IMG/VR virus record: IMGVR_UViG_3300044272_000956
Span: 1-35,248 of that record
Reading direction: 5' to 3' (one strand)
From: a virus
Lineage: Duplodnaviria > Caudoviricetes
DNA length: 35,248 nucleotides
Positions 27,402 to 35,248 of this stretch are shown piece by piece (the stretch's first letter is position 1; every line of letters begins with the position of its first letter). A program made the translations under genes and the position numbers. The notes beneath the pieces are model-generated. The model did no database searches and was not told the DNA's origin. It saw nothing but the letters and a program-made list of their open reading frames with translations.

Positions 27402-30400
27402 ATGGACGAACAGTTAAAGGCACTGCTTACAGAGGCGCAGGCTAATGGTGCTTCTGAATCAGAACTTCTAGCGATTATTGCCCAGTACAATAGTCAAAAA
27501 AAAAAAGAAGACACTTCACAATCTCCCTTGGTTTCGGAGGTGGGTTCGTTGGATTCAAGCTCGCCTACACCTCTGGGTGGAGAACAAGACGATGCACTTT
27601 CGGATTTTCTTACGGCACCGAGGATAGGTGATACGCGGATTCCAGAGTTTGAGGCAAACATTCTAAACGATTATGCCGCGTCGTTCGACAATGCGTACCT
27701 CCAAACGATTTATGAAAAGTTTGACGTTTCCAAGTTTACGGATATTGTCGGCATTGATGGCACTCAATCTAGCTATCAAGAATTTCTAAATGCCTTTAAC
27801 CAGTCAACTACCGAGGACGAGAGGTTCACAGCTAAAAAAGAGCTGGTTGATTTTTTGATTGAAGAAGGAGACCCTGATTTTGAGATAAACAGAAAGGTTC
27901 TTGGCGCGGTGACGGATGAGGTTTACAAAGACCTCACTGGAAACCCAGAGCTTGAGGGAGAAGGCATCTTAACGCCTGTTCCTCTCAAAACTCAAGTGTC
28001 TAAATCCCTTCAAGACTTAGGCTCGGGAGTTGCTACTAGGTCTGGTGCCAAACTTAGGGAGAATCTACCTCAAGAGATTCTGCAAGACCCCAAAAAGGTA
28101 AGCGATTATGAGAGGTATTTGTATGACAATTACGGGTTGTCTGTTGACCTAAATGAAGACAAATACATCGGTGGTGTAGAAGTCGTTGAAGGTGGTGCTT
28201 TTGCTGGATTTGGACGTTCTGTATCTAAGGCGTGGAAAGAAACCATGGCTGGTGCAAACTTCATGCTTGGTGACGCAGTGGCTACCATGTTTGGCGACGA
28301 CAATGCGTTTACTCAGTGGGCGATTCGTGCTGGTGAGGAGGGTAGCAAGCAGGCGGAAGAGATTGCAAAGCAGCTGCCGATTTCTCTAGAAAGACTTTCA
28401 GCCAAAACAGACAAGGTTCTGTCTGGTCAGGGTGATGAAGGTGAGTTTGATGACTTGATTAACGACTACCTAAGAATGGGCGGAGAGTCCGTCCCAATGA
28501 TGGGAGGTGCAATCGCGGCTGGGGTGTTGACTAGGGGCGCGGCATCGAGAAGCACGGGGCTTGCACAGCTGAGGTCTTCATTAAAGGGGTTGAAGCGTGT
28601 TGAGCAGATTGCCAAGGTCAGACAATTCCAAGCCGCTGGAAGAACTGTTTCTCAAGCCAAGAAAATTATCAAGACAAGTCAGACTGCTGGTGCGTTTACC
28701 GCAACTAGTGCCATGGGTATGGGCACACAATACAATGCAGTAAGAGACGAGGAGTGGTTCCAAGAAATGAGTGGGGCAGAGAAGGCCGCATACACTTCAA
28801 TCATGGGTGTTGCCGAAGGTCTTCCCGCACTCGTTGCGGCAAACATCAGTGCGCGAGCACTGGGTAGGCTTTCTAGGGCTGGTAAGGAAAACTTTGTCAA
28901 GGGCTTCTTGAAGGCGACAGGTCTGGGCATGATTGAGGAGGGTGCTACCGAAGCCACTACAGCTGCCATCCAGTTCATCACAGAGTCTGGGTTTAGGGAT
29001 GGTGTCTTGCCGTTTGAGATGGCTGGATTGGGGCGCATTCGATTCAACGACAAGTTTGATGTCGATGGCTTTACAGCCGCAGTAAAAGACGGCTTGTATG
29101 GGGGTATTGCTCTTGGTGGGGGTGTGTCCGTAACCGCACAAATCCCGGGTGCCATTTACGCTGGTGCCATGGCAGTTACATCGCTGCCCGCAGTACGCGA
29201 CTCCATCAAAATTGATAAGCTCACTAGAGAGTACGACAGCGCACCCGACCAAGCCACAAGACAGGAGATTGGCAAGAAGCTGGAGGAGGCTGTTATGGGG
29301 CGGGCTACTAGAAACCGCAACAGAAGAAAGTTTTACGAAGACCTATTCGAAAACAACAAGGAGGCTTGGTCACAGCTTACTGGAATCCAGAAGCAAATCA
29401 TCCGACTGGGCTTGCAGTATGAGAGAACTGAGAAGGGCGAAACCCGCGACGGGTTCAAGGCAGAGATGGTTGCCCTCCTTGAGGAAAGAACCAAGCTTGA
29501 GAAGGAGCTTGGAATGGAGTACGACCTTGACATCAACAAAGAGTTCAAGCGTGTCAGCGGTAGAATCTCTAAGATTGACAGGTATTACAACGACTACGGC
29601 TCTCTGTTTGAGGGTGACTCAGAGTCCACCACTGTCACCGGAGAAAACGCAGACACAGTTCTCGATGCGATTAACGAGGTCACATTCAACAGGATTGACC
29701 AAGTTGAAAAGCTAAGCACGGGGGTAAGCATGAAGCGTGCTCTCAAAAATGTGGTAACTGTAGCCAAAGCACTAGCCAAGACAGGTAAGTTTGAGGGTGT
29801 TGTAATTCACAAGACCGACACATCATTCATGAACGCGACTGGAGAGGCTCTTGGTCGCGGCATGTGGCTGGGCAAGGGTAGGATTCACATCTACGCACCA
29901 GCTGCCATGGAAAACACCTCCTTTCACGAGGCGTTTCACGACCTTGTTCTTGAGGCTATTGGTGAGGATGCGGTACAGCAGCTGTCAGTCTCTTTGTACA
30001 AGGGGCTGTCTGGAGAACTGCGAAAGAAGTACAACAACTTCCTTGCTGGTCAAAGGGGTGTTACACGTCGTCAGGCGCAAGAGATGGAGAGAGACCCCAT
30101 GACTGCTGAAGAGTTCTTGGTTGAGCTGCTTGGGGACATTACGACTGGCGATGTAAGTATTGAAGTTCAAAAGGGACTGGTAAATCAGTTCAAAGACTTT
30201 GTTGCCAAGGCCGTTAACACCATCCCCGGTGTAGAGGTGGACATGACTGAGGCAGACCCAAGGGTAGCAGACCTTGTTACAGCTATCCAGAAAATGACTG
30301 GTCAGCTTGCAGCTGGTGAGGCAGTAACTGCGACCGAAGACCTGCGTAAAGCCGCTGTTCGTGCGGGCTATAGCGCGATGACGGTGGAGCTCGCCGACAT

Positions 30401-33400
30401 GGATGCCAAGGCTCAGGGAATCTTTGCCAGAAACAGGGATGTAGAGGAGGTTACCGATGCTGGGCGTTGGGCGGCTGCTATGGCAGAGGCTACGGATAGG
30501 ATGAAGGAGCTCAAGCAGAAGATGTTCCTTCAGGTTACCGCCATGACCGAGGCTCAGGCGCAGGAAATACTTGATGACGGCGGCAAGCTGTTTATGACCA
30601 AGGATGGGCTAGGGGGTGCGTACCTCAAAGCCGACGGGTACATGGGCGGCCTGTTCAAAAACCCCGACTCACAGCTCAAAGCAATTAGCGGTCCACTTCA
30701 GACTATCAGAGCAAGAGAAGGCGGCAAGTTCTACGATGCGTTTGCTACGAGGCTCGAAGAGATTTACGTCAAGAACGGGTGGAAGCCAGTTGCTAGACTT
30801 GACTTCGACGAACAGTTTGCGCCAGAAGGTTGGAACGACCCGGACTCTCCGCTGAGAGACAAGCCGGACGTTGTGTTTTTCGTGAAGGGAGAAGGCAAAG
30901 TCGGTGACGGTATTCGGATGTCGAGGGGTCTTGAGGATGACTACGATAGAGCATACGACTACACGAAGAGTGTTGCCGATGGTAAGCCACAAGCCCTTGT
31001 CCGCGCCCTAGAAGAGAAGGTGGGTAGGGAGTCATACCTCCAAACTCAAGGTGTGACTGAGGAAGAATTGGAGAAGAGAAAGGAGGAGCTTCGTCTTGAA
31101 GAAAACCAAAGACAAAAAAGAACCCCGAAGGTTGTAGATGCACTGAAGAGGTATGTTGCTCAAGAAATTACGCAGGAACAGTACATCGAAATTGTAAGAA
31201 CGGAATCCCCCATCACGCCGTTCAAGGTTGTTCCTGAAATTCCCCCAACTCTGGACATGGGTGCTGTCTTGACCAGCAACAAGACCGAGACGGGAATCAT
31301 CGGACTCAATAAAGAGGTTCCTGACAACTACTACGTTGGTTTGCGCCTAGATATTCCTGCCTATGACTTCTTCGATACATGGGTAGTTTCCGTTCACCAA
31401 GGTTCAAAGACGGGTGAAAGGTCACCACACATGGGAGGAAAGCCCATTGGCTATGCTCAGACTGCGCTTGCGACAAACGTAGAGTTTCATTCCGTTCCTC
31501 TGGGTGCTTTGAACATCGCCTTGGAAAAAAACAAGCAGACTATCGCAAGAATGTTTGGTGATTGGAATAACCACAATCCCGGAGAGCTTCGTCAGCGTGC
31601 GATAGACATCATGGCCGGAGACCAGTACAACATCTCAGACCACCCCGTAGGAAAGCACGAGGGTTGGGTGCAGGTGGGCATGAACCCCTTCCGTCACAGC
31701 TGGTTCTATGACAAGAGGGACGGTAATCCCATTGTGTCTGCATCTGAGGTCATTCAGATTGGTGCCCTTGTACTCGCTAAGGATGTAGAGAAAGTTCCCG
31801 TCACTGACGAGCGATTCAGCATAGTCACCAAAGATGGCGTGCCAATTAAGTTTCAGCACATCCTTCCGGGTCAAGACGGCATGGACACCAAGGTGTCTTT
31901 TAGCAACAAAGCCCAGAAGTTTGGTCGCATCTCAAACAGATACGCGGTAGAGGACGGTGAGTTCGAAGAGAGTGCTGATGTGGTGCTTCACAATGCCGTG
32001 TTCGATGAGGTGCTCAACGAAAGCAGAGTGATTGTCTCCTCTCCAGACCACATGCTCGTTGGCACAGTTTATCTGGACGACGAGGTTCTGGCTGAGGGTG
32101 GCGGTGGATTGTACTATCCTGTCCGCACCAAGAATACATGGGCGTTCGGTCAGAAAGGTGATGCTAATGCATTCAAGAATACGGTAAACCAGATGCGAGC
32201 CGATTCCCCTGACGGTAAGGTGCACATCTTACTTGTCAGCGGAACCGACGACAAGGTGAAGAGCAACATCACCACGATGGAGGCTACGATGAACCTCATG
32301 GACAGCCTTGTCGGTGAGAAGATTCTTACACAGAATCAAGTTGACAAGCTCATCGTTGATTCCTTGAACGACATCATCGACGCTCTCCCAGCTAAGGATG
32401 AGGGTAAGTTCGGCGATAAGGTTAAGTTCAAGGGTAAGCGAGCTGACATTCGTGCAGCTGTAGAGGCAAGCCTGCGTAGAACAGACAATACCTCGTTCGA
32501 GCTGAGAAGGAAGTACATGGACAAGCTGTTCGCCAACCTTGGGCGTATGTCTGTGATTAAAGAAAACCCCAAGTCTCTTGCCACCATCAAGGAAATGACT
32601 GGTGTGGACAGGATGACCAAGGGTCAGGTGGGTAGCACGCTGAAACGAACCACTATTCTCGCCATGATTGAGGGGTACTTGCAGGGTGTCCCACAAGACG
32701 TGGTGTACGCAGCTATTGAGGTTGACTCAGACCTTGAGGTTGACATGATGCCGGGTAATGAGGCGTTCCCAGCCGCTGTGGTTATGAGGGATGCCAACGG
32801 AAACAAGAAGACACCTAAGATTCACTTGTTTGCAGACAAGCCCCACGTTAACGACGTAATGCTTGACAACGAGACTGGCCTTAGCAGGGCAGACTTCATG
32901 GAGGCTAAGCTTGCCGACGGTGAGTACGCCATGAAAGAGGTGAGAAAGGGTGTGTTTGAGAGGAGAAGCGAGGCGAACGAGCGCAAGGCGATTGACGGCA
33001 GATGGAAGGGCAGCATGGGCTTGCTTCAGGCGGCCTACGGGCGCGGTAAAACCAGACCCAAAGCTCAGGCCATTGCTGATACGGAGGCTAAGGCTCAGGG
33101 CAGCTTCTTGAAGAAGGTATCTCAGATGATTGATAAGGCGTACCCGTCGCCAATCATCACCAGAGACAAGAGAAGAAAGAATCCAGTGACTGGACTTGAC
33201 GAGTCTCAACAGATGGATGCCTTCGCCTACGCTAAGGATGAGGTCATCAAGACCCTGATGGACATGGGCATGTCTAAAGAGGGGGCTGAGATGATGTTCA
33301 AGAAGGCCGTTGCCTACAAGCAGGGTCGATTGCAGGGTAAAAAAGAGGGTATGCGTGTGGCTATGGCTAACGCAGCTGAGACCCGCAAGATGGGAACCAA

Positions 33401-35248
33401 GGCCAAGAACTTACAGAAGGCTCTCACGCAGCTCAAGGACAAGTCAAAAACATTCAACGAGTTCCTGACTGAGGCTATCAAGCTGATTGACGAACGCATG
33501 AAGGAGAACGCAAAGACTCCATTCACCCGCTCTCAAATCACAGCTATGGTCAAGGCCATCAGACAGGCTCACAAGACAAGCGGCAAGCGCGTTGAAGCGG
33601 AGGGGCTGGAGGCTATGCAAACCTTCATTGACAAAATCTCTGCCATCTTTGACAAGCGCGACTCCAAAGCAGAAATGCAGCGGTACTTGGACGGCATCAA
33701 GCATGCTCAGAAGTTGCAGAAGCGACTCAAGAGAATGGCTAGGCCGAAGGGTAGAAGCGGAGCAGCAAAGAACGTAACGACCTACGCCAAGATTGCAAAC
33801 GGTCTTGCTAGAATCAACCCGGCCCTGCTTCCTCAGAACGAACTGGAGGGTTTCGTAAACACACTGATGTCCACCATCAGCTCGATGTCCAAGACCAAGG
33901 CTGTCTTTGACCCTGAGATTGAGGCGTATGTTGGTGCTGCCTTCCCCAAGGCCGAAGCACAGCTGCTGTACAACAAGCTCAGCAACTATCAGGCTATGGA
34001 GGAGCTGGGTAGGCAGGCCGTATTCATGGCTCGTGCTCAACTTCGTGCGGCTAAAAACAACACCACCGTAGAGGAGGAGTATGACAAGCTGGTCAAAAAC
34101 TACGAGCGCAGTAGGCTGTCCTCTAGCAGGAGAGCCATCCTAAAATTCATTGACGAGAACCCAACGATTCAGCACCCCGACACAGGTGAGACCGTTGTTC
34201 TCAACGCAAGCAACCCCGCTCACGTTGACCTGATTACTCAGATTTTGGCTGACCAAGCGGTGACTAAAGAGGAGTTGCAGAAGGATGCCATCATCAACGA
34301 TGTGCTACTACCAAGGATTGTAGCCAACATTGAAAAGCTTCTAGAGGATACTCAGATTGCCGACATTCTTGGAATCTACAGCGTGGAAGACCTTGACTTT
34401 GATAAGCTCAGAGAAAGGCTAAACAAGTTGAAGAGGCATCACATCATCAACCTTGACTACAGGCTTGACGACTACATTGTTAACGACTCGGTGTACGGCA
34501 TCGGGTACATGCACGCTTTGGTGCAGGGCAACATCGACATGCCCAGTAAGCTCGACCGTCTGGTAAAGCGTAAGGGTCTGAAGGCTAGAAAGGGTGCGTT
34601 CTTTGGCATGCTGGATACCGTAAACTCCTACCTGTCCAACGTCATTCCCACTGACAGGATAACCTTTGCCAAGCTTAGGGTTGCGATTGGTTTGGCACAG
34701 CTAACCAATGACTTTGCTAAGGCTGACTTCATTCACAGTCAGGTTGTTGAGCTTCTTGAATCTGAGATTGACAGAATCACTGAGGAGGGTGGAAGCGTAA
34801 CCACGAGAATGGATAGGGCTATCATGCAGCTTTACTCTATGGCTAAGCAGATGCCCGAGTTTGAAGGTGAGCGCGGACAGGCTGAAGCTGCTTGGTACTT
34901 GGAGCTTCGTAATGCAATGCGTAGAACCATTGACTACTACGCTGAGCAACAATCTTTTTCTAATCAAGAGATTGATGAATTTGAAGATGCATTTTCATAC
35001 CTGTTTAATCAGGCTGAAACCCTTCCCGAGATGATTGCTCGTATCGAGTCTGAACGAAAGGACGTGGTGGAGATGGTGCAGTTCACAGCTGACATCCACA
35101 CCAGCCTCATGCCAGCGTTCAGGAACTACGTTGAAAGGTATCTTGGAAAGGAGTTGGTTGTGGAAGACAACTACACGGCGTTCGAGGTTATCCCAGAGAC
35201 GGGAGCAAAGGACGTGGACGACATGCTTCAAATGCGAATCTCTTTGAT
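27402..35248 (+). CDS. Giant multidomain (polyvalent) internal virion protein, at least 2615 aa, truncated by the window end; contains HExxH zincin and GNAT-like domains
   Basis: ATG 27402 (MDEQLKALLTEAQANGASESELL...). Every stretch I translated is open, and the track lists no terminated ORF in this frame. HEAFH at 29925-29939 with downstream EEFLVE; FYDAFATRLEEIYVKNGWKPVAR at about 30730-30800. Confidence 0.88.
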   Translation, partial: MDEQLKALLTEAQANGASESELLAIIAQYNSQKKKEDTSQSPLVSEVGSLDSSSPTPLGGEQDDALSDFLTAPRIGDTRIPEFEANILNDYAASFDNAYLQTIYEKFDVSKFTDIVGIDGTQSSYQEFLNAFNQSTTEDERFTAKKELVDFLIEEGDPDFEINRKVLGAVTDEVYKDLTGNPELEGEGILTPVPLKTQVSKSLQDLGSGVATRSGAKLRENLPQEILQDPKKVSDYERYLYDNYGLSVDLNEDKYIGGVEVVEGGAFAGFGRSVSKAWKETMAGANFMLGDAVATMFGDDNAFTQWAIRAGEEGSKQAEEIAKQLPISLERLSAKTDKVLSGQGDEGEFDDLINDYLRMGGESVPMMGGAIAAGVLTRGAASRSTGLAQLRSSLKGLKRVEQIAKVRQFQAAGRTVSQAKKIIKTSQTAGAFTATSAMGMGTQYNAVRDEEWFQEMSGAEKAAYTSIMGVAEGLPALVAANISARALGRLSRAGKENFVKGFLKATGLGMIEEGATEATTAAIQFITESGFRDGVLPFEMAGLGRIRFNDKFDVDGFTAAVKDGLYGGIALGGGVSVTAQIPGAIYAGAMAVTSLPAVRDSIKIDKLTREYDSAPDQATRQEIGKKLEEAVMGRATRNRNRRKFYEDLFENNKEAWSQLTGIQKQIIRLGLQYERTEKGETRDGFKAEMVALLEERTKLEKELGMEYDLDINKEFKRVSGRISKIDRYYNDYGSLFEGDSESTTVTGENADTVLDAINEVTFNRIDQVEKLSTGVSMKRALKNVVTVAKALAKTGKFEGVVIHKTDTSFMNATGEALGRGMWLGKGRIHIYAPAAMENTSFHEAFHDLVLEAIGEDAVQQLSVSLYKGLSGELRKKYNNFLAGQRGVTRRQAQEMERDPMTAEEFLVELLGDITTGDVSIEVQKGLVNQFKDFVAKAVNTIPGVEVDMTEADPRVADLVTAIQKMTGQLAAGEAVTATEDLRKAAVRAGYSAMTVELADMDAKAQGIFARNRDVEEVTDAGRWAAAMAEATDRMKELKQKMFLQVTAMTEAQAQEILDDGGKLFMTKDGLGGAYLKADGYMGGLFKNPDSQLKAISGPLQTIRAREGGKFYDAFATRLEEIYVKNGWKPVARLDFDEQFAPEGWNDPDSPLRDKPDVVFFVKGEGKVGDGIRMSRGLEDDYDRAYDYTKSVADGKPQALVRALEEKVGRESYLQTQGVTEEELEKRKEELRLEENQRQKRTPKVVDALKRYVAQEITQEQYIEIVRTESPITPFKVVPEIPPTLDMGAVLTSNKTETGIIGLNKEVPDNYYVGLRLDIPAYDFFDTWVVSVHQGSKTGERSPHMGGKPIGYAQTALATNVEFHSVPLGALNIALEKNKQTIARMFGDWNNHNPGELRQRAIDIMAGDQYNISDHPVGKHEGWVQVGMNPFRHSWFYDKRDGNPIVSASEVIQIGALVLAKDVEKVPVTDERFSIVTKDGVPIKFQHILPGQDGMDTKVSFSNKAQKFGRISNRYAVEDGEFEESADVVLHNAVFDEVLNESRVIVSSPDHMLVGTVYLDDEVLAEGGGGLYYPVRTKNTWAFGQKGDANAFKNTVNQMRADSPDGKVHILLVSGTDDKVKSNITTMEATMNLMDSLVGEKILTQNQVDKLIVDSLNDIIDALPAKDEGKFGDKVKFKGKRADIRAAVEASLRRTDNTSFELRRKYMDKLFANLGRMSVIKENPKSLATIKEMTGVDRMTKGQVGSTLKRTTILAMIEGYLQGVPQDVVYAAIEVDSDLEVDMMPGNEAFPAAVVMRDANGNKKTPKIHLFADKPHVNDVMLDNETGLSRADFMEAKLADGEYAMKEVRKGVFERRSEANERKAIDGRWKGSMGLLQAAYGRGKTRPKAQAIADTEAKAQGSFLKKVSQMIDKAYPSPIITRDKRRKNPVTGLDESQQMDAFAYAKDEVIKTLMDMGMSKEGAEMMFKKAVAYKQGRLQGKKEGMRVAMANAAETRKMGTKAKNLQKALTQLKDKSKTFNEFLTEAIKLIDERMKENAKTPFTRSQITAMVKAIRQAHKTSGKRVEAEGLEAMQTFIDKISAIFDKRDSKAEMQRYLDGIKHAQKLQKRLKRMARPKGRSGAAKNVTTYAKIANGLARINPALLPQNELEGFVNTLMSTISSMSKTKAVFDPEIEAYVGAAFPKAEAQLLYNKLSNYQAMEELGRQAVFMARAQLRAAKNNTTVEEEYDKLVKNYERSRLSSSRRAILKFIDENPTIQHPDTGETVVLNASNPAHVDLITQILADQAVTKEELQKDAIINDVLLPRIVANIEKLLEDTQIADILGIYSVEDLDFDKLRERLNKLKRHHIINLDYRLDDYIVNDSVYGIGYMHALVQGNIDMPSKLDRLVKRKGLKARKGAFFGMLDTVNSYLSNVIPTDRITFAKLRVAIGLAQLTNDFAKADFIHSQVVELLESEIDRITEEGGSVTTRMDRAIMQLYSMAKQMPEFEGERGQAEAAWYLELRNAMRRTIDYYAEQQSFSNQEIDEFEDAFSYLFNQAETLPEMIARIESERKDVVEMVQFTADIHTSLMPAFRNYVERYLGKELVVEDNYTAFEVIPETGAKDVDDMLQMRISL
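27496..27506 (+). repeat. A11 homopolymer at codons 32-35 of the giant ORF
   Basis: CAA AAA AAA AAA GAA; the longest homopolymer I saw in the window. Confidence 0.9.

Larger units (their letters stand above)
1..35248 (+). mobile_element. Bacteriophage genome segment: head, tail and ejection module of a Bacteroidota-infecting podovirus (crAss-like / marine Flavobacteriia-phage organisation)
   Basis: Co-oriented terminase-portal-scaffold-capsid-ring-tail stabilisation-cargo order. Tight TAATG/ATGA gene overlaps. No tape measure, sheath or cellular housekeeping genes. TAnnTTTG motifs at gene boundaries. Confidence 0.93.

Noticed and set aside
34389-34409. DLDFDKL in the giant ORF resembles the crAss-like virion RNA polymerase motif DFDIDK
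   Set aside because: The context is alpha-helical (IADILGIYSVE...RERLNKLKR), with no preceding Gly or RxP motif and no double-psi beta-barrel pattern. Probably coincidental, though an RNAP region beyond the window cannot be excluded.
600-35247. Numerous minus-strand and alternate-frame ORFs of 60-270 aa, e.g. 5451-6260, 2817-3395, 29149-29715, 33444-34040
   Set aside because: All are nested within long motif-bearing plus-strand genes and read as codon-bias shadows, without promoters or plausible protein character.
1-35248. Stop-codon reassignment as seen in some crAss-like phages
   Set aside because: Genes are full length and tightly packed under the standard code, with no fragmentation at TAG or TGA. 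No suppressor tRNA was seen.
1-35248. CRISPR array, tRNA genes, diversity-generating retroelement, invertible repeats, integrase or att sites
   Set aside because: Intergenic gaps are all under about 100 nt. No repeat-spacer pattern, cloverleaf, reverse transcriptase, recombinase or template/variable repeat pair was seen.

Overview
The whole window reads as the virion morphogenesis module of a short-tailed (podovirus-type) dsDNA phage of Bacteroidota, with crAss-like / marine Flavobacteriia-phage gene order. From left to right: the 3' end of a lytic transglycosylase; a divergent winged-helix gene; a tandem GroES-like co-chaperonin; small and large terminase; portal; a block of fibre/adhesin genes (one MAM-like); a basic DUF5754-like protein; scaffold; major capsid protein; two ring/tube proteins; a 1778-aa tail stabilisation (muzzle-type) protein; two probable ejection proteins; and a giant ORF of at least 2615 codons (27402 to past the window end) that the ORF track misses. 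The host call rests on eight TAnnTTTG (Bacteroidota -7) elements at gene boundaries and A-rich leaders with no obvious Shine-Dalgarno sequence. The most interesting item is the giant protein. It has an ejection-type N-terminus, a HExxH zincin protease, a GNAT-like domain and two unnamed globular domains, and each domain is bounded by a K-(A/P/F)-Q tripeptide. This suggests an injected, self-processing effector polyprotein. All product calls come from motif recognition and gene order, not database searches. No tRNA, rRNA, CRISPR array, integrase or host genes were seen.
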